Assembly (NCBI GenBank): GCA_951813565.1
Contig: OX638351.1
Location: 1,696,001 to 1,760,000, forward strand
Length of the DNA: 64,000 nt
Source: an uncultured Poribacteria bacterium
GTDB lineage: Bacteria; Poribacteria; WGA-4E; WGA-3G
Reading direction: 5' to 3'
Shown: positions 1 through 9,160 of the stretch, piece after piece
Layout of the letters: every line of letters starts with the position of its first letter
Numbering within the stretch: the stretch's first letter is position 1
Made by a program: the position numbers and the translations under genes
The notes under the pieces: model-generated
The model's database searches: none
What the model saw: the letters and a program-made list of their open reading frames with translations, nothing else
What the model was told of the DNA's origin: nothing

Positions 1-57
1 ATTTCAAAATGATGTTTCATCTTTTAAAAATGGTATTATACCAAATTACCCTAAATC

Positions 58-88
58 GTAGGGGCGGGTCTCTGTGCCCGCCCTTACC
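58..88 (+). repeat. GTAG-type REP-like hairpin
   Basis: GTAGGGGCGGGTCTCTGTGCCCGCCC: GTAG tetranucleotide followed by a GGGCGGG/CCCGCCC stem; a related copy lies at ~45324-45378. Confidence 0.6.
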
Positions 89-160
89 ATCGGCAGTGAA
101 AACAATACAATTCTCGTTAATTTGGTATTAGATACTCACAATATAGATCGAGGACTACGT

Positions 161-622
161 ATGGATTATAATCTGTGGTCAAGGGTGATTCTACCACTGA
201 CAATATTGATTTTCATAATTTACGTAATCATCTCAAGTAATAGAGAATATAAGAAGATAGAACGGAAGAAATTAGAAGCCAAAAATGAGATGGGTACGCC
301 TGTTAATAAAGAAAATGTGCTTCCGCCCTTTATGGAGAATTTTGAGGAATTTCGCTCTGGTACAGAATTAGCACATGAAACTCAGGAGAGTGCTGAAGCA
401 GATGTCCTAATGGTAACTGAGCAATCTGAACCTGTTTATGAGCCAGTACCTGATATAAAACCAATAGTCCCGCCATCCATTCCTATAGATTCTCCTGGAC
501 GACTGTCAACGAAATCAATGCCTGCGACCTCTCTGATCGATTTCTCTCCTCAAACGTATCGTCGGGGGATTATTCTGGCAGAAATCCTCGGCAGACCTAA
601 AGGACTACATCGTAGAACGTAG
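161..622 (+). CDS. Hypothetical membrane-anchored protein
   Basis: ATG at 161 preceded by GAGGA; N-terminal hydrophobic helix, Pro/Glu-rich middle, C-terminal 'RRGIILAEILGRPKG' motif. Confidence 0.7.
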   Translation: MDYNLWSRVILPLTILIFIIYVIISSNREYKKIERKKLEAKNEMGTPVNKENVLPPFMENFEEFRSGTELAHETQESAEADVLMVTEQSEPVYEPVPDIKPIVPPSIPIDSPGRLSTKSMPATSLIDFSPQTYRRGIILAEILGRPKGLHRRT

Positions 623-640
623 TAACTTTACAGGCCTTTT

Positions 641-681
641 GTCCGTAGTCTTAAGTTTGGTTTGAGGTTACGGACATTTTT
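641..681 (+). terminator. Probable intrinsic terminator
   Basis: GTCCGTAGTCTTAA...TTGAGGTTACGGAC hairpin followed by ATTTTT just after the stop codon. Confidence 0.5.
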
Positions 682-726
682 AGTATCTTCGCGAACTGCG
701 TCCGACAAGAAGATAGGTTTAGAAAA

Positions 727-2874
727 ATGTCTCGTCATATTTTTCAGTATACCGCTATTGTCCTATTTCTTTTATTTTTTCTTTCTTGTGCGCAACAACA
801 CCCTGAGGTATCAACCAAACAAGATGCTGTTGAAGTAGAGATTCCGCCTTATGCGCGCCACCTCAAAGGTTTTAAAATTTGTCTTGATCCAGGGCATGGT
901 GGCCAAGGACACGTCCCAGATTACAAACGCGGTCCAACAGGTCTCCGCGAAGCTGAGATCAACCTAAAGGTTGCATTCTACCTAAAAAAGATGTTGGAAC
1001 AGGCAGAGGCGACCGTCATCATGACTCGCGTTGACGATTCTTATGTCAGCCTACCAGAACGCGGTCAAATTGCTAACGAAAATCACGCCGATTTCTTCAT
1101 ATCGCTACACCATAATGGAATTGATAATAATCCAGAAATAAACTATACTTCAACGTGGTATCACGGTGATGCTGACGACTCCCGCCCAAGTTTAGACCTT
1201 GCGCGCTATATCCAACAAGGTGTTTCAGATGCCTTGCGTTTGCCCAAATCTGCGTCAACAGGTCTATATTCCGATAAGTTAATCGTTGCATCAGGTTTCG
1301 GTGTTTTACGGTTGACAGAATGCCCTGCAGTTGTATGTGAAGCATCTTTTTATACGAATCCAGAAGAAGAGGCAAGACTGAAAAATGATGATTACCTCAA
1401 AAAAGAGGCGTACGGGTATTTTCTCGGTATTGCCCGCTATGTTGAAGCAGGGTTTCCAAAAGGTATTCTGATAACTCCCAAACATGAATCTGTTATACAA
1501 ACCAAAACACCTACGCTTAAGATTCAGGTGCAGGATGGCTTGCACGAACGTGGTGCGTGGATGCTTAAACGTCAGCAGATTTTTACCAATTCTATTCAGG
1601 TCAAAATCGATAATGTGAACGTGCCGTTCAAATACGACAGTGATACGGATATAATCACTGTCCACATCAAAGAACCATTGTCAAACGGTATCCATTTAGT
1701 CCAAACAGAACTGGTAAACTATTATGGGAATCATAGTTTACCGAAGCCACAGCAATTTAAGGTCGCACCACCAGCGGTGAAACTACAGTTGAGCGCATGG
1801 ACAGATAGCCTACCCTATGACGACAGAAGCTACGTAGGCATCACTGTAACCGCTCTTGACGCTGATGGCATGCCGATTGCAGATGACGAGATAATCAAAG
1901 CAAAAACTACCAACGGCACCCTCACTGATACCAAAAATCTTTCAAAAGGTGGCACTTCACACTTTTATCTGCATGCTCTTGAAAAATCCGGCACTGCGAC
2001 AGTGGAAGCAGCCTACGGTCAGACTCGCAATTCGCTAAAAATCAACTTCACGGACATTAGCAATGGGATTTTACAAGGACAAGTTTCTGATGCAAATTCT
2101 GGCGCCTCAATTCCTGGTGTTCAATTGCGCGCCGATCCTGAGTTAACTGCTACTACAGATGCTGAGGGACACTACTTCATTAAAACCAATTCCATATTAA
2201 AAAAATCGCTTGAAACAATACTACACCTTTCAAAACCCGGGTTTTATCCCGATAAACATCAAATCCGCATAGAACCGAATAAAGCAACAATAGTCAATGC
2301 GAAACTTCACGCTATTGCTGATGGCGCTTTTGCCAAAACTGTTCTCGTCCTTGACTCACAGACAGATACGCCTAAAACCCGTCAACTCATTACAAAGTTG
2401 AAAGAGATGTTGGAACTTGCTGGGGCAAAGGTTTACGATGTTCATACACCCGGACAAAAAGTTTCTACAGAAAAACGAATTGAGACTGTTAACAATATCA
2501 AAGATGAAGGATATTACCTACAAATAAACCACATCACACGACGTAAAGGTAAACCTGCAGTTGTTGCTGCACATAACCGCGGCAACCAAGGCACGGAGAC
2601 GTTTCAAAAACGGATACTTGAACAATTCAACCAAAAACTATTTGAGACACCAATTATCACCGTGCAGGACAGAGAAACACCTGTAATTCAACATACAAAC
2701 AAAATGGCGATGACACTTGAAATCCGAACTTTAGATTATCCTGATTCCAGCGCTTTGCAAGAAGCGTCCGCTATTTTCATCGGTGCGTGGCTTTTCCTAA
2801 AAGAGAAAACGGAGATTGATACGGAAAAATTAGAACGTTTCATGTTATACTTAAACAAGGTGCCAGGTGAATGA
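727..2874 (+). CDS. N-acetylmuramoyl-L-alanine amidase (Amidase_3), predicted lipoprotein, with Ig-like/CarboxypepD_reg-like domains and a degenerate second amidase-like domain
   Basis: Lipobox-like FLSC; motifs 'ICLDPGHGG', 'EAEINL', 'MTRVDDSYVSLPER', 'FFISLHHN', 'PAVVCEASF'. Confidence 0.88.
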   Translation: MSRHIFQYTAIVLFLLFFLSCAQQHPEVSTKQDAVEVEIPPYARHLKGFKICLDPGHGGQGHVPDYKRGPTGLREAEINLKVAFYLKKMLEQAEATVIMTRVDDSYVSLPERGQIANENHADFFISLHHNGIDNNPEINYTSTWYHGDADDSRPSLDLARYIQQGVSDALRLPKSASTGLYSDKLIVASGFGVLRLTECPAVVCEASFYTNPEEEARLKNDDYLKKEAYGYFLGIARYVEAGFPKGILITPKHESVIQTKTPTLKIQVQDGLHERGAWMLKRQQIFTNSIQVKIDNVNVPFKYDSDTDIITVHIKEPLSNGIHLVQTELVNYYGNHSLPKPQQFKVAPPAVKLQLSAWTDSLPYDDRSYVGITVTALDADGMPIADDEIIKAKTTNGTLTDTKNLSKGGTSHFYLHALEKSGTATVEAAYGQTRNSLKINFTDISNGILQGQVSDANSGASIPGVQLRADPELTATTDAEGHYFIKTNSILKKSLETILHLSKPGFYPDKHQIRIEPNKATIVNAKLHAIADGAFAKTVLVLDSQTDTPKTRQLITKLKEMLELAGAKVYDVHTPGQKVSTEKRIETVNNIKDEGYYLQINHITRRKGKPAVVAAHNRGNQGTETFQKRILEQFNQKLFETPIITVQDRETPVIQHTNKMAMTLEIRTLDYPDSSALQEASAIFIGAWLFLKEKTEIDTEKLERFMLYLNKVPGE

Positions 2875-3881
2875 CGGTGCACATCGCTTCGAAAATCACC
2901 CAACTGCAACTCAATCATCCGTTCAAGATTTCCCGCCGGGAGACAGACGCATACCGGGAAGTAATCTCTGTAGAAATAGATGACGGTATCGGTGAAGCTG
3001 CCCCCGCAAAATTCTATGGTGAAACTGTTCAGACAGTAGAAAAAGCATTAGGAACCCTCTCCTCAGCACTTGACGGTAACCTTGACGAAATTCAAGATGT
3101 GATGGCAGGGATTGAATCAACGCTGGATGGCAACTACGCTGCAAAATCTGCCATTGATATGGCGCTTCATGATAGGTTGGGCAAAAAACTCGGTGTACCG
3201 CTTTACAAACTCTGGGGTCTCAACCCACACAAAACACCATGCACCTCGTTTACAATCGGTCTTGATGAACCAGCAGTTATGGCGGAAAAAGTACTACAAG
3301 CAGAAGCGTATCCGATTCTCAAAGTGAAGTTGGGCACACCGCGCGATATTGAGATATTTCAAACACTACGAAACGTCACAGATAAACCGATCTACGTTGA
3401 TGCTAACACGGCATGGACACCGAAAGAGGCTGTTAAGAAAATCCGTCAGCTTGCACAGTACGGTGTAGCGTTAATTGAACAACCTACAAAACCTGATGAT
3501 ATAGCAGGAATCAAATATGTCCGCGAACATTCAGAATTACCGATTATTGCAGATGAAAGTGTCAAGCGGGCAAGTGATATTCCTGCACTGGTAAATGCTG
3601 TAGATGGGATTAACATAAAATTAGTCAAATGCGGCGGCATTTTAGAAGCAATTCGGATGATACACACCGCTCGCGCGCACGGTTTGCTTGTTATGATCGG
3701 TTGTATGATAGAGAGTTCCCTCGGCATCACAGCTGCAGCCCACTTAACACCGCTTGTAGACTATGCAGATTTAGACGGAAATCTGCTAATATCAAACGAT
3801 CCTTACATCGGTGTTACCCTTGAGAATGGCAAGTTGATTTTACCAGATCGTCCTGGCATCGGGGTCTTAACAACAACGTAG
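2871..3881 (+). CDS. L-Ala-D/L-Glu dipeptide epimerase (enolase superfamily)
   Basis: 'LKVKLG', 'VDANTAW', 'IEQP', 'IADES', 'INIKLVKCGG', 'GCMIES', 'DLDG'; overlaps the amidase stop codon. Confidence 0.88.
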   Translation: MTVHIASKITQLQLNHPFKISRRETDAYREVISVEIDDGIGEAAPAKFYGETVQTVEKALGTLSSALDGNLDEIQDVMAGIESTLDGNYAAKSAIDMALHDRLGKKLGVPLYKLWGLNPHKTPCTSFTIGLDEPAVMAEKVLQAEAYPILKVKLGTPRDIEIFQTLRNVTDKPIYVDANTAWTPKEAVKKIRQLAQYGVALIEQPTKPDDIAGIKYVREHSELPIIADESVKRASDIPALVNAVDGINIKLVKCGGILEAIRMIHTARAHGLLVMIGCMIESSLGITAAAHLTPLVDYADLDGNLLISNDPYIGVTLENGKLILPDRPGIGVLTTT

Positions 3882-3929
3882 AAAAGAAAATACATCGTCA
3901 AGACATACGAGTCTTCGTCAAAAATCAAT

Positions 3930-4862
3930 ATGGCAGAAAATATAGAACAGTGTACATCTACTGAATCATCAGTCCCGCGCGGGCAATACGACATCGTGTC
4001 AAAAAACGTTATTCAACAAAATCCTGAGGACTGGATTCAGTTTGGCCTCGGCATCTCAGAGGCACGGGTTATTGAAGTTCTCAATACTGAGCAACCGACT
4101 GTCAAATCAAATCGTGCCGATAGTTTTATACATGCAAACGTTCACGGCAAAAATGCCGTTATACATTTTGAGATTCAGACACGTGACAGTACGGAGATTC
4201 CTATGCCATACCGAGTAGCAGGCTACGCGGGAAGAGGTATTGAAACCTTTGGAATGCCGGTCTATTCACATGTTATCTATCTGCATCCGGATGCAGGTCG
4301 CAATGACCCAGGGCAATACGTTCAAGAGATGCACGGATACAACATCTTAATACAATACAAGGTGATTAGACTATGTGAATTAGACGGACAAAACTTCCTG
4401 GATGCTAAACTAAAAGGCTTAATTCCATTCGCGCCTCTTATGAAGCCACCAGAAAACGTGGATTCTAAGGAGTGGTTACGGCAATGTGTTCAGATCGCTA
4501 AATCTGTACTGCAAGACGAATCACAACAAGCGAATTATCTTACCAACCTTGGTATTTTGGGTGGAATAATATTAGACTACGAAACCATTCGTGATATTAT
4601 ATTGGAGGAAACCATGCAAGAATCATCTGTTATCCAACACTTCACACAACAAGGTATTGAACAAGGTATTGAACAAGGAGTGCGCAAAGGCACTATTGAG
4701 GCTATACTTGATGTGCTTGAGGAACAATTTCAATCCAATGATGTTCAGACTTTAAAGCTTGTACTTGAAAACATTGAAGAACTGCAACGTCTTAAGCAAT
4801 TGCTTCGCGAGGCAGCACGGGCAAACAGTCTTGAGGCATTCAAACAAACGTTAGAGGGATAG
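3930..4862 (+). CDS. Rpn-family recombination-promoting nuclease / PD-(D/E)XK putative transposase
   Basis: 'YDIVSK', 'RADS', 'HFEIQT', 'MPYR' and C-terminal 'QQGIEQGIEQG' repeats. Confidence 0.82.
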   Translation: MAENIEQCTSTESSVPRGQYDIVSKNVIQQNPEDWIQFGLGISEARVIEVLNTEQPTVKSNRADSFIHANVHGKNAVIHFEIQTRDSTEIPMPYRVAGYAGRGIETFGMPVYSHVIYLHPDAGRNDPGQYVQEMHGYNILIQYKVIRLCELDGQNFLDAKLKGLIPFAPLMKPPENVDSKEWLRQCVQIAKSVLQDESQQANYLTNLGILGGIILDYETIRDIILEETMQESSVIQHFTQQGIEQGIEQGVRKGTIEAILDVLEEQFQSNDVQTLKLVLENIEELQRLKQLLREAARANSLEAFKQTLEG

Positions 4863-4873
4863 GAGAGCTTAAA

Positions 4874-5587
4874 ATGACAAAACCGAACCGAAATGTCCTT
4901 ATCACTGGTGGAACTGGTATTTTAGGTAGTGCTGTCACCAAAGCCTTCCTTGCCCAAGGCGACACCGTTGTAGTTACATATCTGTTTGATAATGAGGTAG
5001 AACGTTTCAAACAACATAACCCTGAACTTAGCGAAGATGTTACCTTCCTATTTGCAAACGTCACTGAAGAACCAGAAGTGCAGAAAACTATACAAACTTT
5101 CATAACACAATTCGGTCATCTGGATATTTTGGTGAATATTGTTGGCGGATTTGTTGGAGGAATTCTGACAGCCGAACTTGAAACGGATCGATGGGATTTC
5201 CTGATGAACCTCAATCTTAAATCTGTTTTTCTCTGTTGCAAAACGGTGATTCCGCACATGACGGAGCGTGGTTTCGGCAAGATTGTTAATGTCTCCGCCC
5301 GTGCAGGACTAAAAGGTGAGGCAGGATTGAGTGCTTACTGTGTCTCAAAAGGTGGTGTGCGCACTTTAACTGAAGCATTAGCTGCTGAGGTAATGGATTC
5401 TGGTATCAACGTCAATGCTATTATGCCGAGTATTATGGACACTCCTGCTAATCGTGAGGCAATGCCGGACGAAGACCATAGCCGGTGGGTAGCTCCTGCC
5501 GATGTTGCAAAAGTGATCTGTTTCCTTACTTCAGATGACTCATCTATAATCAACGGTGCCGCTATACCTGTTTACGGTAGGGCATAG
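4874..5587 (+). CDS. Short-chain dehydrogenase/reductase
   Basis: 'ITGGTGILG', 'VNVSARA', catalytic 'YCVSK'. Confidence 0.9.
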   Translation: MTKPNRNVLITGGTGILGSAVTKAFLAQGDTVVVTYLFDNEVERFKQHNPELSEDVTFLFANVTEEPEVQKTIQTFITQFGHLDILVNIVGGFVGGILTAELETDRWDFLMNLNLKSVFLCCKTVIPHMTERGFGKIVNVSARAGLKGEAGLSAYCVSKGGVRTLTEALAAEVMDSGINVNAIMPSIMDTPANREAMPDEDHSRWVAPADVAKVICFLTSDDSSIINGAAIPVYGRA

Positions 5588-5677
5588 CGTGTTTTGCCTT
5601 AAAAAATGTCCACCCACAACATGCACACATGAAACACCCAAATTCTGAGCATACACCGGTCGCCCGGCGCGCTTAAA

Positions 5678-5827
5678 TGAAGATTAATTTTTTAATTCGG
5701 TAATTTCTTGTTAGGTATATTCTGAATATGTCAAACGCTCTTCAGTCCCGCTGAATGCCATAAAGGCATTCATAGCGTTGATTTTGTAGGGACTAAGGAA
5801 AATACCGAATTTATTTTTTTATCTTCA
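5678..5827. mobile_element. MITE with imperfect TIRs, inserted in the loop of a REP-like hairpin
   Basis: TGAAGAT...AATTCGGTA / TACCGAATT...ATCTTCA inverted ends, TAAA direct repeats at 5674-5677 and 5828-5831, flanked by GGCGCGCT / AGCGCGCCTAC. Confidence 0.6.
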
Positions 5828-5898
5828 TAAAAGCGCGCCTACCAGTAGATGACAACACCTAATTATATTTCACCACATTCTCAACTTCTTAAATAAAT

Positions 5899-6166
5899 GA
5901 GGGGTGTGCATAAATAATTTCGATGTTAAATATGCGCTTAAAGGTAGTCCGCACACGCCGTGGGTTTCCGTCCACAAGTTCAAAGAGGCGCAGCATGCCA
6001 CACGGGGAATGCCATAAGGCATTCGGACCCGGTGAATGCCATAAGGCATTCATACCGTTGATTTGGCAATGAATTGCGCGACTACAAACGCGTTTCTATA
6101 AATCAAGCGGCACCTGGCGTCTGTCCCTGTCTGTGTTGATGCACCAAATATTTATGCACACCCCTC
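5899..6166. mobile_element. MITE with IS256-like ends
   Basis: TIR GAGGGGTGTGCATAAATA / TATTTATGCACACCCCTC; 8-bp TSD AAATAAAT at 5891-5898 and 6167-6174. Confidence 0.8.
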
Positions 6167-6181
6167 AAATAAATTCCCTAT

Positions 6182-6220
6182 TGCTAAAAAAATAAGATTT
6201 TTCTGCTTAAAAAATAAGCA
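6182..6220 (+). promoter_or_regulatory. Tandem putative bEBP (NtrC-like) enhancer boxes
   Basis: TGCTAAAAAAATAAGAT (6182-6198) and palindromic TGCTTAAAAAATAAGCA (6204-6220, TGC-N11-GCA), 22 bp apart, upstream of the -24/-12 site. Confidence 0.55.
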
Positions 6221-6293
6221 ACTTACAATTCAATGATTGTTTTCAATCCTTGAAATTATAGAGAGTGCTTGTTATTAACCATTTCTACGTACT

Positions 6294-6309
6294 TGGCACT
6301 GATTTTGCA
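6294..6309 (+). promoter_or_regulatory. Sigma54 (-24/-12) promoter of nasT
   Basis: TGGCAC-TGATT-TTGCA, an exact match to TGGCAC-N5-TTGC, about 77 bp upstream of the nasT ATG. Confidence 0.8.
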
Positions 6310-6385
6310 ATAAGTTTTATGTGAGCCTTAATTATGCACTTTTACTTGCATTGTATCGGATTTAGAAAGGTTTAAATTCAATAGA

Positions 6386-6988
6386 ATGGAAACAGTCTCT
6401 AAAACACAGAATCTATTAATCGTTGATGACGATGTGAATCGGATAAATCAGTTAGACCAAGTCTTTGAAGCAAGCAGGTATAATGTCATAGCACACATAC
6501 CGCTCCAGCGCGATCTTCTGCAACGAGTCGAACAGGCTAATCCGGACATCATTCTCATTGGCGCTGACTCGCCTTGTGATGAAACTTTAGACACCGTTGC
6601 ATCAATCAATCAAAATCATCCGTGTCCGATTGTAATGTTTGCACAGGATGAGCGATCCGAGACAATTCAAAACGCTACGTTGGCAGGTGTTTCCGCGTAT
6701 GTTGTGGGTGAACTTAGTAAGGAACGTATTGAAACGATTATTAAGGCGGCTGTTGCGCGTTTTGGAAAGTTTCAAGCATTGCAGCAAGAACTTGAAAAGA
6801 CGAAAACAAGCCTTGCTGAACGCAAAATCATTGAAAGAGCAAAGGAAATTGTTGCGCAGCAACGCGGCACTACCGAGGCAGAAGCATATCAGACTTTGCG
6901 AAAAATGGCAATGAATCGCAGAAAACGCCTCGCAGAAATTGCCCAAGATGTCCTCTCAATTTCGGAAGTATTGACAAACAAGGAGTAG
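6386..6988 (+). CDS. nasT: ANTAR-domain antiterminator with pseudo-receiver domain (NasT-like)
   Basis: Receiver-like N-terminus; C-terminal ANTAR 'ERKIIERAK...EAEAYQTLRKMAMN...LAEIAQ'; directly upstream of the nitrite/nitrate reductase genes. Confidence 0.85.
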   Translation: METVSKTQNLLIVDDDVNRINQLDQVFEASRYNVIAHIPLQRDLLQRVEQANPDIILIGADSPCDETLDTVASINQNHPCPIVMFAQDERSETIQNATLAGVSAYVVGELSKERIETIIKAAVARFGKFQALQQELEKTKTSLAERKIIERAKEIVAQQRGTTEAEAYQTLRKMAMNRRKRLAEIAQDVLSISEVLTNKE

Positions 6989-7023
6989 GAACACCTGATC
7001 ACTACATTTTAGATTAAGATAAC

Positions 7024-7158
7024 AGTACTCGTTCAACGTTGAACGCTACTACTGAATTAAAAAGAATATCAAAAACACCCAACCAATGTTGGTTAGGTTT
7101 GGACATAGGTGTCCATCTGGCGAAAGCATTACGCTTGCCGATGGGCGCTTTTTGTTTT
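7024..7158 (+). promoter_or_regulatory. ANTAR-target leader RNA with overlapping intrinsic terminator
   Basis: Hairpins GTTC-AACGTT-GAAC (7031-7044), AACC-AATGTT-GGTT (7081-7094) and GGAC-ATAGGT-GTCC (7101-7114) all have A1/G4 hexaloops; the third overlaps the terminator stem GTCCATC...GATGGGC followed by a T-tract. Confidence 0.82.
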
Positions 7159-7247
7159 AACTATTCATCGGTATTCATAAGATAGCAGATACATATCCAT
7201 GAACAACACTGACTGAAAGTCACATAGGTAAAATAGGAGATTCAAAG

Positions 7248-8801
7248 ATGAACCAACTTGAAAAGAAGAAAACAGTATTGAAGCGAACAAGTGCCCGAAA
7301 AAAGGGAAAACCCAAGCTTCATCCCGCTGAGGCACTCAAACGTGAAAAAAACGGTCTTGAGGTGATAGATGATATTCCACACTACGTTAGGAATGGGTGG
7401 GAATCAATTCCTCCAGAAAAACGCGATAGACTTAAGTGGGTAGGCGTGTTCTACCGGCGACAGACACCAGGTGCTTTTATGATGCGGCTCCGAATGTCAA
7501 GCGGTTTTAGTAATTCAGCGCAATTTCGTACTATCGCCTCAATCAGTGAGGCACACGGTCCAGGCTTTGTTGACCTCACCACTCGTCAGCAGATTCAACT
7601 TCGCGGGTTTACGATTGAAAACGTGCAAAATATCTGGAACCAGCTTGAAGAGGTAGGCTTAAATTCACTTCAAACAGGTTTTGACAATATCCGAGGTGTT
7701 ACAGGTTGTCCTGTTGCTGGACTGACTCCGAATGAATTGTTTGATGCTTCACCTGTCGCAAAAAAGTACACTGATATTATCGTAGGCAATAAGGAATTTA
7801 CCGATCTTCCGCGTAAGTTCAATGTCGGCATTACAGGGTGTTTGGACAATTGCACACACGCAGCGTCTCAGGATATAGCGCTTATTCCTGCTGTTAAAGA
7901 GATTGATGGACAAGAAACAAAAGGTTTCAATGTTTCAGTTGGTGGGAAGATGGGTTCTGGCGGTTACACCCTTGCGGAAGACCTTGATGTGTTTGTTCTA
8001 CCTGAAGATGCTGCGGCGTTGTGTGCCGAAATAACGTTGATTTTTAGAGACCACGGTCCACGCACAGTTCGCAACAAATCTCGGATGGCATTTCTTATTG
8101 CTGACTGGGGAGTGGAAAAGTTTCGTAAGGAGTTAGAGGTTAGTTATCCAAAAACACTTCTACCAGCAGGAAAAGATATGCGTGGCAAGAAAAAAACAGA
8201 TCATACCGGCATTTTCTCACAGAAACAAAAAAACCTTAACTATGTAGGACTTATTGTGCCAGTGGGACGCATAACAACCGCGCAACTTTATGAAGTTGCA
8301 CGCCTTGCTGACCAATATGGCACTGGAGAGATAAGGTTAACCCAAGGACAGAATCTGATTATTCCTAACGTGCCGGATGCAAAAATTGGCGAGTTAACGG
8401 CTGAACCGCTCCTACAAGAACTCCGCTATGATCCGTCAGAAGTTATGCGTGGAATGGTCAGCTGCACAGGTATTGACTACTGCCACTTCTCCCTCATAGA
8501 AACCAAAGAACGCGCAATGGAAGCAATCCGACATTTGGAGGCGAAACTCGGAAATACACAACCTCTTACTGTACACTGGTCGGGATGCCCAAACGGATGC
8601 GGTAACCATGCCGCTGCTGATATTGGACTTCTCGGTAAGAAAACCAAAATCGATGGGGTTGTTACCGATGCAGTAGATGTATTTGTTAAGGGAGATGCAG
8701 GACCAAATCCCAAAATCGGAGCGAAGTTGTTAGAAAACGTACCTTGCGACGATTTGCCGCAGGTACTTGAAGGGCTTGTACCTTATCTTTCAAGAAAATG
8801 A
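7248..8801 (+). CDS. nirA: Ferredoxin-nitrite reductase
   Basis: 'FMMRLR', 'LTTRQQIQLRG', 'DLPRKFN', siroheme/4Fe-4S ligands 'SCTGIDYC' and 'HWSGCPNGCG'; AGGAG RBS. Confidence 0.9.
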   Translation: MNQLEKKKTVLKRTSARKKGKPKLHPAEALKREKNGLEVIDDIPHYVRNGWESIPPEKRDRLKWVGVFYRRQTPGAFMMRLRMSSGFSNSAQFRTIASISEAHGPGFVDLTTRQQIQLRGFTIENVQNIWNQLEEVGLNSLQTGFDNIRGVTGCPVAGLTPNELFDASPVAKKYTDIIVGNKEFTDLPRKFNVGITGCLDNCTHAASQDIALIPAVKEIDGQETKGFNVSVGGKMGSGGYTLAEDLDVFVLPEDAAALCAEITLIFRDHGPRTVRNKSRMAFLIADWGVEKFRKELEVSYPKTLLPAGKDMRGKKKTDHTGIFSQKQKNLNYVGLIVPVGRITTAQLYEVARLADQYGTGEIRLTQGQNLIIPNVPDAKIGELTAEPLLQELRYDPSEVMRGMVSCTGIDYCHFSLIETKERAMEAIRHLEAKLGNTQPLTVHWSGCPNGCGNHAAADIGLLGKKTKIDGVVTDAVDVFVKGDAGPNPKIGAKLLENVPCDDLPQVLEGLVPYLSRK

Positions 8802-8820
8802 ATTGGAAATAACGAGCAAA

Positions 8821-9115
8821 TGTAGCTTATGTGAACGTAGCAAAACCCATAAATCAACGCTATGAATGCCTGAATCAACGCCAAATGCGCCTATGGCATT
8901 TGGCGGGAGCGGTATGTTATGCGCATCGGTTTACCCATCAAGGTATGTCGCTCCTACGGAGCTAAAGAAGGGTGGTAATACATGGACTATAAACATATCG
9001 TCTCTACGAGACTAAGTATGGGACAGTCTCAATAATCATGCGATTTAGAGATGTTTACAATAACGCAGATATTTTCTTAAGTTGAAACCTATGGGTAGAG
9101 CATAGCGAAACCCGA
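8821..9115. repeat. Composite REP/MITE block between nirA and the nitrate transporter gene
   Basis: Two AATCAACG-hairpin units, GCTCCTACGGAGC and TCTCTACGAGA hairpins, and a 'CTTAAGTTGAAACCTATGGGTAGAGC...AAACCC' end shared with 38240-38277. Confidence 0.65.
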
Positions 9116-9160
9116 CAACTACTGACAACTGAAAGGAATAAAATAAATTAGGTAAAAATA

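Noticed and set aside
6140..6158. TGCACC...TGCA as an NtrC site
   Set aside because: Spacing does not fit the 17-bp box and it lies within the MITE terminal repeat
5590..6170. Possible CRISPR array from repeated GAATGCCATAAGGCATTC
   Set aside because: No regular repeat-spacer periodicity and no cas genes; the repeats are dispersed hairpins inside MITEs
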